A DNA stretch of 64,000 nucleotides, taken from contig CAIOZY010000017.1 of assembly GCA_903862935.1 (NCBI GenBank), positions 5,649 through 69,648 of the forward strand, given 5' to 3'. The stretch is from an uncultured Opitutaceae bacterium. GTDB lineage: Bacteria > Verrucomicrobiota > Verrucomicrobiia > Opitutales > Opitutaceae. Positions 10,140 to 19,376 of the stretch are shown here, piece by piece (the stretch's first letter is position 1; every line of letters starts with the position of its first letter). The notes beneath the pieces are model-generated. The model was not told where the DNA came from, did not search any database, and saw only the letters and a list, made by a program, of their open reading frames with translations. Made by a program: the position numbers and the translations under genes.

Positions 10140-11009
10140 CTAGAATAGAACCGAGACTTTCTCGAACCACGCGCCGACCGCGTCGCCCAGGAAGAGAAAA
10201 TACAGGGCGCCAGCCGCCGCGAGCATCGGGCCGAAGGGGATGCGGCTGCCGAAACCCACGGGCCCCGCCCCGCGCCTTAAGAGCGATTTCCAGGCAAACG
10301 CAAGCCCGAGCCAGGCCGTCCCGAGGAAGGCCCCTGCGAAAACCGAGAAAACGGCCCCCTGCCATCCGCAGAACGCCCCGATCGCCCCCACAAACTTAAC
10401 ATCCCCGAACCCCATCGCATCCTTGCCGAGAGTGAGGTCGGCAAGCATCGCGATCCAAAAGACCAGGCCCGAACCGACCAACAGGCCCAGCACCGCCCCG
10501 CCGCCGGAGCGCAGGCTGTCGAGCAGGAAGGACCCGCCCTGCTGGCCGTGCAGCGCCGGGACCAACACGGACAGGACGAACCCGGTTACACCGAGCCCGA
10601 CGGTGAGGACATCGGGGATCATCAGGTGCTCCCCGTCGATGAATGAGGCCGCAACCAGCGCGCTCAGGAAGACCCATCCACAGGCGGCCACCGCCGGCGG
10701 CAGCACGAGCCAGCAGGCGAGGAAGAGGCCGGCTGTGAGCCATTCGACAACGGGGTATCGGACCGGAATCGGCCGGCCGCAGCACCGCGCGCGCCCCAGC
10801 AGCAGGAACCAGGACAGAAGGGGGATGTTGTCCCTCCAGGCGATGGGCTGGCCGCAGGCGCAATGGGAGCGCGGGCGTACGACAGACTGACCCGCGGGCA
10901 GCCTGGCGATGACGACATTCAGGAAGCTCCCGATGCAGGCGCCGACAATGAAGACGATCCCGTTGGCGAGCCAGGAGTCCGGGGTAAGTGCGGCGTCGGG
11001 TGGGGCCAT
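10140..11009 (-). CDS. pilD: prepilin peptidase (A24 family) / N-methyltransferase
   Basis: Cys-rich cytoplasmic loop (SHCACGQPIAWRDNIP...ARCCGRPI), a polytopic membrane profile and the aspartyl motif GFGDVKF. Confidence 0.85.
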   Translation of the reverse strand: MAPPDAALTPDSWLANGIVFIVGACIGSFLNVVIARLPAGQSVVRPRSHCACGQPIAWRDNIPLLSWFLLLGRARCCGRPIPVRYPVVEWLTAGLFLACWLVLPPAVAACGWVFLSALVAASFIDGEHLMIPDVLTVGLGVTGFVLSVLVPALHGQQGGSFLLDSLRSGGGAVLGLLVGSGLVFWIAMLADLTLGKDAMGFGDVKFVGAIGAFCGWQGAVFSVFAGAFLGTAWLGLAFAWKSLLRRGAGPVGFGSRIPFGPMLAAAGALYFLFLGDAVGAWFEKVSVLF

Positions 11010-11019
11010 CTACGGAAGT

Positions 11020-11958
11020 TCAGTGGGAGGTTGTGTCGTTGCCGAGCGCCCGGAGCGCCGCGGCGAGCATGAGGGGCGCCGTGCGGTCGGCCGGAGCCCC
11101 GGTCCAGATCTCGAGGGCCTTCGCGCCTTGGTGGGCGAGCATCGAAAGACCGTTGGCGCAGGGAATGCCGAGCCCCCGGGCTTGGTGAAGGAGCGCCGTG
11201 CCGGCGGGATTGTATGTCATGTCGTAAACCCCCGCCGGCCTGGGCATCGCGGCGAGGTCCACCGGTGCAGGGTCTCCTGCGCGCAGGCCCGAGCTGGTGG
11301 CGTTGATGAGGACAGACCCGGCCGGAGGCCCGCCCGAACCCGCGGACGGCTTCCAGCCCCGAACCAGAGTTCCGCGCTCGAGCGGGCGCAGCACCGACAG
11401 GAGTTTCTCAAGGTTTTCGGGCGTGCGGTTGGCGATCCACAGCCCGGAGCACCCGCGCGCCAGGCACTCCGCCGCCGCGCCGCGGGCCGCGCCCCCGGCC
11501 CCGAGCAACACCACCGGAGCTCCTGCGAGGTCGAGCCCGAGGGTCTCCTGGATTGCGCGGGCGAGCCCATACCCGTCCGTGTTGAAGCCGCTCCACCCCT
11601 GTTCGGTCCAAAGCAGGGTGTTGACCGCACCGGCCTGTTGGGCCGCGCAGTCGGCCTTGGCGACCCGGCCCAGCGCGGCGACCTTGTGCGGCAGGGTCAG
11701 ATTGAGCCCCGCGAAACGCAGCGCGTGCAGCTGGCCCAGCGCCTGGGGCAACTCCCCGGGCGATACCTCGATCCGGAAGTAGCGCCATGCGGCAAAATGC
11801 ACGTCGATCCGGGCGAGTTCGGCCAGGGCGGCGTGGTGCATCTGCGGGCTGACCGAATGACGCACAGGGCTCCCGAGAACCGCAAGCGACGGCTCCTGGC
11901 GCGACCAGGACCTCAGGTCCGAAGGGGTGAGGACCGGCTCAGGGTGTGTTTCGGGCAT
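11020..11958 (-). CDS. aroE: shikimate dehydrogenase
   Basis: GSPVRHSVSPQMHHAA, NLTLPHK, NTLLW..GFNTDGYG, LLGAGGAARGAA. Confidence 0.85.
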   Translation of the reverse strand: MPETHPEPVLTPSDLRSWSRQEPSLAVLGSPVRHSVSPQMHHAALAELARIDVHFAAWRYFRIEVSPGELPQALGQLHALRFAGLNLTLPHKVAALGRVAKADCAAQQAGAVNTLLWTEQGWSGFNTDGYGLARAIQETLGLDLAGAPVVLLGAGGAARGAAAECLARGCSGLWIANRTPENLEKLLSVLRPLERGTLVRGWKPSAGSGGPPAGSVLINATSSGLRAGDPAPVDLAAMPRPAGVYDMTYNPAGTALLHQARGLGIPCANGLSMLAHQGAKALEIWTGAPADRTAPLMLAAALRALGNDTTSH

Positions 11959-12823
11959 AGGCCGCCTCGAACTGCTCGACGAAGCCCGCGAAGAGCTGCG
12001 CCCGCGCGCCGTCCCCGTCCTCCAAGAAGTGGCTGACTAGGTTGCGGCAGCTGCGGCAGAGTACCTCGCGCACGGGGCTTGGCACGAGGTCGCCGGCCTG
12101 CGGAGCGGCCTGCCGGGCGCGCAGCAGGGCGAGGACCTCCTCCTTCCCGCGGAACAGCCCCGACTCGAAGGGATCGATGAAGAAGGTGGGCCCCTGGCCC
12201 CAGCTGCCGACCATGAAATATCCGGGCAGGGCGACCGGCTCGAGGTCGATCCCGAGGCGGCCCGCGACGAGCAGGTACACCGTGCACAGGGACACGGGGA
12301 TTCCCTTGCGCCGGGCGAGAACCTGGTCGATCAGGCTATTGCGCGGGTCGGTGAAGTGTTCCAAGTCGCCCCGGAAGCCGAGCTCGTGGAATAGCACCCG
12401 GTTTATGACACGGCACTTCTCCCTGCGCGTCGACGGCTCCGAGATCAGCTCCCTGCAGCGGGCCGCGGCGGAGTCCAGCGTGGCACAGCACCAGCCGACG
12501 TCGAGCCGGGGAGACACGGTGCGGGCCATCAGCAGGGCCCCAGACTCGAGCTCGTAGTTCAGGGAGCGGATGAAAGTCCGGAATTCCTCAGCAGGGTCGG
12601 TGAACTTGAGCTCCTCAAGAAACCGGGTCGCGTGTCCGGCCAGCAACCGGTCGGACCCAGATGCCACCTCGCGCAGGAACGGGCCCGCCGCCGCCCCCAT
12701 TCCGGCGAAGCACTTCAGGAGCGCCCCCCTCACCGCCGGGCTCGGGTCGTCGAGCAGCCGGCGCAGCGCCTCCCGGCGGGTCGCATCGGGCTCCTGGACT
12801 GGGGTCTCCACGCGCCCAAGCAA
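11939..12823 (-). CDS. transglutaminase-like / SirB1-family protein
   Basis: The core INRVLFHELGFRGDLEHFTDPRNSLIDQVLARRKGIPVSLCTVYLLVAGRLGIDLEPVALPGYFMV resembles the SirB1 N-terminal (UPF0162) fold. This assignment rests on recall of the family only. Confidence 0.55.
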   Translation of the reverse strand: MLGRVETPVQEPDATRREALRRLLDDPSPAVRGALLKCFAGMGAAAGPFLREVASGSDRLLAGHATRFLEELKFTDPAEEFRTFIRSLNYELESGALLMARTVSPRLDVGWCCATLDSAAARCRELISEPSTRREKCRVINRVLFHELGFRGDLEHFTDPRNSLIDQVLARRKGIPVSLCTVYLLVAGRLGIDLEPVALPGYFMVGSWGQGPTFFIDPFESGLFRGKEEVLALLRARQAAPQAGDLVPSPVREVLCRSCRNLVSHFLEDGDGARAQLFAGFVEQFEAAYARNTP

Positions 12824-12874
12824 GAGTCAATTGCGCGAGCCTGCAACACCGGAAAGGCTCCGGCCGGGGCCGGG

Positions 12875-13567
12875 TCACTCGCGCTCGCCAAAGAGGGCCG
12901 TGCCGATGCGCACAAGGGTGCTTCCGGCTGCAATCGCCTGCTCGAAGTCGCCGCTCATCCCCATCGAGAGTTCCGGCAGGGGGGTGGCGAACCTCTCCGA
13001 GAGCCGGTCGCGGATGTCGCGCAGGGCATGGAAGGTGCGCTCGGCCACCGCGGGGTCCTGGGACAGCGGCGCAATTGTCATCAGGCCTTCGACCCTCAGA
13101 TGGGGCTTGGAGAGGGCGAGCTCCAGAAGGCGGGGGGTGTCCTCGGGCTCCGCTCCAAACTTGGCCGGATCGTTTCCGGCGTTCACCTGCAGAAGGATTG
13201 CGAGATCGCGGCCTATCTCGCCGGCCGCGCGGTCGAGCACATTCAGCAGTTTCTCGCTGTCGACACTCTGGATTCGGTCGAAGTGGCGCGCCGCGAGCGG
13301 CGCCTTGTTCGACTGGAGGTGGCCGATCAGCTCCCAGCGTACGGCGGCCGAGGTCTGGGCCCGTTTCTCGACAGCCTCCTGTACGCGGTTCTCGCCGACA
13401 GCTGCCAGGCCGAACCGGGAGGCGTAGTCGACGGCCGCAGCGGAATGGCTCTTGGTCACCGGCAGGAGCCCCGCGGCTCCCTCAGGTCGCCCAAATCGGG
13501 CGCATGCGGCGGAGATTGCGGCCTGAACCGCCCCCGCTCTCTTTTGGAACTCTTCGTAGGAGATCAA
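12875..13567 (-). CDS. yggS: YggS-family pyridoxal-phosphate homeostasis protein
   Basis: LLPVTKSHS (PLP lysine), GENRVQE, IGHLQSNK, LSMGMSGDFEQAIAAGSTLVRIG. Confidence 0.85.
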   Translation of the reverse strand: MISYEEFQKRAGAVQAAISAACARFGRPEGAAGLLPVTKSHSAAAVDYASRFGLAAVGENRVQEAVEKRAQTSAAVRWELIGHLQSNKAPLAARHFDRIQSVDSEKLLNVLDRAAGEIGRDLAILLQVNAGNDPAKFGAEPEDTPRLLELALSKPHLRVEGLMTIAPLSQDPAVAERTFHALRDIRDRLSERFATPLPELSMGMSGDFEQAIAAGSTLVRIGTALFGERE

Positions 13568-13611
13568 GATCTGAGTATGTTCAGATAATCTAATTAAGCA
13601 TTTACCCTGTG

Positions 13612-13626
13612 AGTAACATTGTTACT
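13612..13626. promoter_or_regulatory. dyad-symmetric candidate LysR-type operator
   Basis: AGTAAC-ATT-GTTACT is a perfect inverted repeat. It lies in the AT-rich divergent region between yggS (-) and the LysR regulator gene (+). Confidence 0.3.
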
Positions 13627-13654
13627 TTGGTGTAAGTCAGAATATCCGCTTATC

Positions 13655-14554
13655 ATGCAAATTGAAAACCTTAAGATTTTTGCCGATCTGGTTGAAACGA
13701 AGAGTTTCTCAAAGTCGGCCAAACTGAACGGGCTCACCCAATCCGCGGTCAGCCAGCAGGCGCGCGCCATGGAGCGCCACTTCAAAGTGCTGCTGATTGA
13801 CCACAGCCAGAAGCAGTTTCAGCTGACCCGCGAGGGGCAGCGGGTGTACGAGGCAGCCAAGGAGATGCTCCACACCTACGACATGCTCCAGTCGGAGCTG
13901 CAGGAAATGAAGAAGGTGATGAGCGGGACCATCCGCATCTCGACGATCTACTCGATCGGGCTGCATGAGCTGCCCCCGTACATCAAGCGCTTCCTCCACG
14001 ACTATCCTTCCGTCAACGTCCGGGTGGAGTACCGCCGCTCGAACCTGGTATACGAGGACATACTCCACAACTCAGTCGACTTTGGTCTGGTGGCCTTTCC
14101 GGTCAAGATGAGGCAGATCGAGGCGATCCCCTTCCACAACGACCGGCTGGTCGTGATCACCCACCCGCAGCACCCCCTGGCCAAGCTGGGCGAGGTCGAC
14201 GTGGCTGACCTTGCCGGCCACAAGATCGTCAGTTTCGACCCCGATATTCCCACCCGCAAGGCGATCGACCAGATCTTCCGGGAGAACCGTCTCGAGATAG
14301 AGCCAGTGATGGAGTTTGACAACATCGAGACCGTGAAGCGGGCCGTCGAGATCGACCATGGGATCGCAATTGTTCCCCAGGCCACCGTGTCTCAGGAGGC
14401 CAAGCAGGGCACTCTGGTCGTGCTGCCGTTCCGCGGCACGGGCTTCACGCGGCCCTTGGCCATCCTCCAGCGCAAGGGTAGGGTGCTCACGCCTGCGATG
14501 AAGAAGTTCCTCGAGACCCTCGGGCTCGACCACCCGGAGTCTCAGGAGCCCTGA
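13655..14554 (+). CDS. LysR family transcriptional regulator
   Basis: N-terminal wHTH (MQIENLKIFADLVETKSFSKSAKLNGLTQSAVSQQARAMERHF) followed by a substrate-binding domain of about 200 aa. Confidence 0.85.
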   Translation: MQIENLKIFADLVETKSFSKSAKLNGLTQSAVSQQARAMERHFKVLLIDHSQKQFQLTREGQRVYEAAKEMLHTYDMLQSELQEMKKVMSGTIRISTIYSIGLHELPPYIKRFLHDYPSVNVRVEYRRSNLVYEDILHNSVDFGLVAFPVKMRQIEAIPFHNDRLVVITHPQHPLAKLGEVDVADLAGHKIVSFDPDIPTRKAIDQIFRENRLEIEPVMEFDNIETVKRAVEIDHGIAIVPQATVSQEAKQGTLVVLPFRGTGFTRPLAILQRKGRVLTPAMKKFLETLGLDHPESQEP

Positions 14555-15105
14555 TGATGAGCCGGTCAGTCTGGCCCCTCGTGCTCGGGGCGCTAGCCCT
14601 GGGTCTGGGCGGGTGCGGTCCGAAGTCCAAAGAGGCGCCTCCGCCTAAGCCCGCCGCTGCGCCGGCCCACTCACCGCAACTGGGCCAGGCCCCGTCTTGG
14701 CGCCTGCACGACCTTGAGGGTGGCTGGGTCGACTCCGAGCAGTTCAGGGGGAAGCTTGTTGTCCTCGACTTCTGGGCCACCTGGTGCGGCCCGTGCCGCC
14801 AGGAGATCCCCGGCTATGTCGAGCTGCAGAAGAAGTACGCCTCTGACGGGCTGGTTGTCATAGGGGTCTCGCTTGACGAGGGCGGCCCCGAGATCGTCAA
14901 GAAGTTCGTCCAAAAGTACGGCGTGAGCTACCAGATCGTCATGGGGGACGACCAGATCACCGAGGCCTTCGGCGGGATCCACGCGATCCCCACAACCTTC
15001 ATCATCGGCCGCGACGGGCGGATCCTCGACCACAAGGTCGGCGCGGTGCCACGGGCAGCCTACGAGGCCCGGCTGCGCAACTTCCTGGCCGTCCCGGCGA
15101 ACTGA
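14554..15105 (+). CDS. TlpA-like thiol:disulfide oxidoreductase (lipoprotein)
   Basis: Lipobox-like LGLGGC and the thioredoxin motif FWATWCGPC. The start overlaps the LysR stop by 1 nt. Confidence 0.8.
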   Translation: MMSRSVWPLVLGALALGLGGCGPKSKEAPPPKPAAAPAHSPQLGQAPSWRLHDLEGGWVDSEQFRGKLVVLDFWATWCGPCRQEIPGYVELQKKYASDGLVVIGVSLDEGGPEIVKKFVQKYGVSYQIVMGDDQITEAFGGIHAIPTTFIIGRDGRILDHKVGAVPRAAYEARLRNFLAVPAN

Positions 15106-15137
15106 CCAGGGAGGCCCCAGAGGGCTCCTGACCATCC

Positions 15138-15962
15138 ATGGCGCTGCCCCCGATCCTCTTCGAGGACGACACGATCATCGCCTTCGACAAGCCCTCTGGG
15201 CTGCTCGTTGCGCCGGACCGCTGGGACAAGCAGCGCGAAAACCTGATGGGCCTCGTCCACGCCCGGCTCGGCCGCGGTGTGGCCAACGTGCACCGGCTTG
15301 ATGCGGACACAAGCGGGGTCATTCTGTGCGCAAAAACCAAGGCCGCGCTCGACTTCCTCAGCGGCCAATTTCAATCGAAGACCGTTGAGAAAACCTACCT
15401 TGCCGTTGTGGCGGTCCTGCCGCGCGACCGGGCAATGAAGGTCGTTGAGCCCCTGAGGGAGGGAGACGGCGGCCTGCCCGCGGAGTTTGAGGTGGATCTC
15501 GCGCTCGGCGCCGACGAGGCGAACCCCGGCCGAATGCGGGTCTTCCGCCGCAGGGGCGGCAAGCCCAGCCTGACCCGATTCCGTGTCCTGGAGCCTTTCG
15601 GCCGCTTCGCCTGGCTCGAGGCCCGTCCGCTGACGGGCCGCACCCACCAGATCCGCGTCCACCTGGCCGCCGTTGGCGCCCCGGTCCTCAACGACAACCT
15701 GTACGGGGATCCCGAGGTCAAGCTGCTCCTGTCGGAGTTGAAACGGCGCTACAAGGGCCGCGACGAGGAGAGGCCTCTGATCGGCCGGCTCGCCCTGCAT
15801 GCCTCCGAGCTGTCCGTCATGCACCCGGCGACCCGGGAGCCGGTGAGCATCTGCGCCCCGCTCCCCAGGGAGTTCGGGGTGGCGCTCAAGTACCTGCGCC
15901 GCTTCAGCCCTCCCGGGATTCCTCGCCCTCCGGGAGAAACTTTCCGCCGCGAAGCACGTTGA
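15138..15962 (+). CDS. RluA-family pseudouridine synthase
   Basis: Catalytic motif HRLDADTSGVIL and the C-terminal motif LTGRTHQIRVHLA. Confidence 0.85.
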   Translation: MALPPILFEDDTIIAFDKPSGLLVAPDRWDKQRENLMGLVHARLGRGVANVHRLDADTSGVILCAKTKAALDFLSGQFQSKTVEKTYLAVVAVLPRDRAMKVVEPLREGDGGLPAEFEVDLALGADEANPGRMRVFRRRGGKPSLTRFRVLEPFGRFAWLEARPLTGRTHQIRVHLAAVGAPVLNDNLYGDPEVKLLLSELKRRYKGRDEERPLIGRLALHASELSVMHPATREPVSICAPLPREFGVALKYLRRFSPPGIPRPPGETFRREAR

Positions 15963-16560
15963 GCCGGTGGAGCGCCGGCTTGGCGATCCAGTACACGGCC
16001 AGAATCCAAAGCGGAGCGATCACGGTCCATGCGACGGTCGCGTGCACGGCCATGATCTCGGCCCGGTGGAGCGTCGCCCCGTGGTCGTGCCAGACCGTCT
16101 GGGCCAGAGACCAGAAGCTGGGGTGGGCGCGGGGTGCCCGGAAGAGGAAGTCCTGGACGGTCAGGTGCAGGGGCGCATACCCAAACAGGAAGTCCCCGAA
16201 GCGGATCAGCGCGTAGATCACGATCAGGTGGGGCAGCGTGCACAGGCCGTTAACCAGCTGGATGAGCGGCTGGTTCAGACGCAGGGAGACGCCCACGATT
16301 AGGCACAGCAGGGTGGTGGTCCCCAGGATGGGGAAAAGGGCCAGGGCGCTTCCCACGGCGAGCGTCAGGGCGATCTTCTCCACCGAGATTCCCTGGGTCA
16401 TCTGGCGGACGATCGGGTCCACAAGCTTTCGCTGCCAAAAGGAGGGCGTTTGCTGCGCGGGAGCTGGGGGAACGGACTCGGTCACGGGAAAGCGGGGGGG
16501 CGGAAGGTAGAGGCAGGTTGGGACCGGGACAAGTCCTGTTGTGGGTCCGAAGGGTGGCAT
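15904..16560 (-). CDS. DUF2062-like membrane protein
   Basis: ISVEKIALTLAVGSALALFPILGTTTLLCLIVGVSLRLNQPLIQLVN plus further transmembrane helices. Its 3' end overlaps the convergent rluA-like gene by 59 nt. Confidence 0.6.
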   Translation of the reverse strand: MPPFGPTTGLVPVPTCLYLPPPRFPVTESVPPAPAQQTPSFWQRKLVDPIVRQMTQGISVEKIALTLAVGSALALFPILGTTTLLCLIVGVSLRLNQPLIQLVNGLCTLPHLIVIYALIRFGDFLFGYAPLHLTVQDFLFRAPRAHPSFWSLAQTVWHDHGATLHRAEIMAVHATVAWTVIAPLWILAVYWIAKPALHRLNVLRGGKFLPEGEESREG

Positions 16561-16689
16561 TCTCTAGAAAATACTCCCGGCGCGCATCTTAGGGAACAAT
16601 TCCTTGTCGGTCTTTTCATAGGAACGGTGAGCAAAAACTCTCGATTACTTGCAACTTTTAGCGTCTTGGAGACCTATTTAACCTGTTAG

Positions 16690-16956
16690 ATGCAACGGAT
16701 GCGCCTGACCAACGTCATCCCTTTCACCAAGAACACCATGCTGATCACCATCACCATACTTTTTCTGCTCGTCGTCCTCGTGGCGACGGAGCCGGATCCA
16801 CGCGCCTCCGGACCTCCGGAGACGGACCATTCCGAGCTGCCAAAGGCCTCCGCGGCACCCCAGAGGGCGGCGATCCGCTGGACCCGTGTCCGCCCCTCCC
16901 GGGCTACGTCCCAGGCACCGGCCGGACAGGTGGCTGAGATTTCACAGAAATCATAG
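16690..16956 (+). CDS. small hypothetical membrane-anchored protein
   Basis: One hydrophobic helix (MLITITILFLLVVLVA). A strong GC bias at third codon positions supports coding. I recognise no family. Confidence 0.35.
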   Translation: MQRMRLTNVIPFTKNTMLITITILFLLVVLVATEPDPRASGPPETDHSELPKASAAPQRAAIRWTRVRPSRATSQAPAGQVAEISQKS

Positions 16957-17032
16957 GCTTCCAGCCTGTTAGATTAATTTTCAGGGTCGGACATGACCCG
17001 GCCGCTTGCTTTGGCCGGCTTGGAATGTTTAG

Positions 17033-18295
17033 GTGGCCACCCTTTCTGTGAAGAATCCCCCTCATTTCCTGCGCGCCCTCGCGTCGCGAAACTACCGGCT
17101 GTACATCAGCGGCCAATGGGTGTCGCTGCTCGGCAACTGGATGACCGCCACGGCTTCGATGTGGCTTGTCTACCACCTGTCGGGGAGCCCGCTAGCGGTT
17201 GGGGTCGTTGTCTTCGCGAACCAGATCCCGATCCTGATCCTCGCGCCGCTGGCCGGGGTTCTCGTGGACCGCACGGACGGTCTGCGCGTGATGCGCACGA
17301 CCCAGGCCCTGGCCATGCTGCAGTCGGCCGCCATGGCCGTCTTCACGCTGAGCGGGCACATGACGGTCGCCGTCCTGATCGTCCTGAGCATTGTGCAGGG
17401 GCTCATCAACGCCTTCGACTTTCCCTCGCGGCAGGCCCTCGTCTATGGGCTGGCCGGGGACCGCGCGCTTCTCGAGAACGTGATCGCGCTCAACTCGATC
17501 ACCTTCAATCTTGCCCGTCTGGTTGGCCCGGCAATCGCGGGCTTTGTGATCGCCGGTTTCGGCGCGGGAGCCTGCTTTGCCGTGGATGCCGTCGCCTACC
17601 TGGCGGTCCTTTGGGCTCTGATGGCGGTTCGGATCGAGCCGCGCACCGAGCCCGCAAGCCAGGCCCACCCCCTTGAGGACCTGCGCGAGGGCGTCAGCTA
17701 CGCCATGAACCACCCCTCGATCCGGCGGATGCTGCTGATGGTCCCGGTCATCGCCCTGGTCGGCTTCACGCACAGCGTGCTGGCGCCCGTCTTCGCCAAG
17801 GACATCTTCCACGGCGACGCCCGGACCTTGGGACTGTTGTTGTCGGCGACTGGGGCGGGCTCGCTCGTCGCCGGGGGGTTCATGAGCGGGCGGACCTCCT
17901 CAACGGGTCTTGGCCGGCTGGTAGCGATCGGCTCCCTGATCTGCGGGCTGTCGCTTGCGGGGATTGGCCTGAGTCCCGGCCTCACGCTCGGGACAACGGC
18001 CTACGCCGCGGCGGGCCTGGGGAGCGTACTAGTCATGATCGCGGGCAACACCTGGGTGCAGATGCTGGTTGAGGACGACAAGCGCGGCCGGGTGATGAGC
18101 CTGTTCCAGATGGGAGCGAGCTTCTACCCGATTGGCGGCCTGATCGCAGGCGCCCTGGCCGAGGGGCTCGGACCGAGGGTTGCGATCATCATCTGCGGGG
18201 GATCCTGTTCTGTCGCCGCCCTCGTCTTTGCCTGGTCCCTGAAGAAGCCGGACGCCCCCGAGGGAGTCGGTGGCGTGTTGGCTCCGGCGGAGTGA
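17033..18295 (+). CDS. MFS transporter
   Basis: 420 aa with about 12 hydrophobic segments. The N-terminus FLRALASRNYRLYISGQWVSLLGNWM is typical of the MFS_3/EntS-like group. Confidence 0.8.
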   Translation: MATLSVKNPPHFLRALASRNYRLYISGQWVSLLGNWMTATASMWLVYHLSGSPLAVGVVVFANQIPILILAPLAGVLVDRTDGLRVMRTTQALAMLQSAAMAVFTLSGHMTVAVLIVLSIVQGLINAFDFPSRQALVYGLAGDRALLENVIALNSITFNLARLVGPAIAGFVIAGFGAGACFAVDAVAYLAVLWALMAVRIEPRTEPASQAHPLEDLREGVSYAMNHPSIRRMLLMVPVIALVGFTHSVLAPVFAKDIFHGDARTLGLLLSATGAGSLVAGGFMSGRTSSTGLGRLVAIGSLICGLSLAGIGLSPGLTLGTTAYAAAGLGSVLVMIAGNTWVQMLVEDDKRGRVMSLFQMGASFYPIGGLIAGALAEGLGPRVAIIICGGSCSVAALVFAWSLKKPDAPEGVGGVLAPAE

Positions 18296-18313
18296 ACGGG
18301 CCGGTCGGGCCCC

Positions 18314-19351
18314 TCAGGGCTTCGACTCGAGCTTTCTCAAGACCACCTCGCCGTTCATCGTGGTGGCCTGGATCTCCGGGCCGCCCCCGTTCAGGGTGCC
18401 GGTGACGGTCTTCCCCCCGGTCATCGGGGGCAGGGGGGGCATCGGGGGCAGGATGATCTCTTCGGAACCCTCCTCGGCCCCCTCGCGCGCGGCCCGCGCC
18501 GCTTCCTTCATGGCCTGCGCGGCCTCGCGCGCGGCCTCGGCTGTCTTTCTGGCGGCGTCGTGGATCACCGTGCGGGTCTCCTCGGTCAGGGTCTCCTCCT
18601 CGTCGGGCGAGCCGGCACGGTTGATGACGACATGGACAGTGCGCCGGGCCTTCCCGGGAGTCAGCTCCGACTTGGTCACTAGGGACTTGTCGTCAAAGTC
18701 GGTGAGGATCGCTCCGTTCTGGGTGCGCAGCCGCAGGTTGGCCTTGGCGTCGCCAGGCACCCGGATCGTGACCGCCCCGTTCATGGAGGTGCAGCACACC
18801 GACCGGCCCTCGTGGAGCTCCTTGATGCTCGCCGAGACCGACCCGTTCATGGTCTCAACCATGACCCCGCCGGCCGCGTTCTCCACCTTCACGGACCCGT
18901 TCAGGCTCTTGACGTCGACATTCCCCGAAAGGTCCGAGCAGACGACCTCGCCGCCGAGGGCGTTGCTGACGACGACCGCGGTCGTGCGCGGGACGGTGAT
19001 CTCGAAGCGCGCGCGGTCCCCGTCGCCACCCCGCACCGAGCCGTACTCGAGGGTGGCAACGTTCGCCTTCTCCGAGAACCCATAGCTTGAGGAGGAGGCC
19101 AGGACCCGCAACCCGTCCCCCCGGGCCTCGCGCTTCGGGGCCACCGTGTCGGAGACGACCTTGATGTCCGTGGTGTCGGCCCCGTGGACCCGGATTTCGC
19201 CGCGGCCGATGTGGATATTGAGGGTTCCGGGCTTGGAGGGATCTGAGAACTTGAACGTGGAGGAGGTCTCCTCGGCCCGGGCCTGGGCGGAGAGCGCTAG
19301 GGCGAGCGCGGCGGCCAGGGCGAGGGAGGAGGTGCGGAGCAGGGTCTTCAT
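18314..19351 (-). CDS. secreted DUF4097-like (putative adhesin beta-strand repeat) protein
   Basis: Signal peptide MKTLLRTSSLALAAALALALSAQA. Repeated G.I.V / NG.V.V strand motifs and a charged helical C-terminal region. It lies immediately downstream of the anti-sigma gene. Confidence 0.6.
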   Translation of the reverse strand: MKTLLRTSSLALAAALALALSAQARAEETSSTFKFSDPSKPGTLNIHIGRGEIRVHGADTTDIKVVSDTVAPKREARGDGLRVLASSSSYGFSEKANVATLEYGSVRGGDGDRARFEITVPRTTAVVVSNALGGEVVCSDLSGNVDVKSLNGSVKVENAAGGVMVETMNGSVSASIKELHEGRSVCCTSMNGAVTIRVPGDAKANLRLRTQNGAILTDFDDKSLVTKSELTPGKARRTVHVVINRAGSPDEEETLTEETRTVIHDAARKTAEAAREAAQAMKEAARAAREGAEEGSEEIILPPMPPLPPMTGGKTVTGTLNGGGPEIQATTMNGEVVLRKLESKP

Positions 19352-19376
19352 GGCAGGATTGGGTTTAAGGTTCGGT

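Noticed and set aside
15904-15962. A 59-nt convergent overlap between the RluA-family gene and the DUF2062-like gene, considered as a possible mis-assembly or frameshift.
   Set aside because: Both reading frames are intact with family-like sequence up to near their ends. The overlapping tails are low-complexity, and such overlaps are common in stop-poor GC-rich genomes. There is no evidence of disruption.
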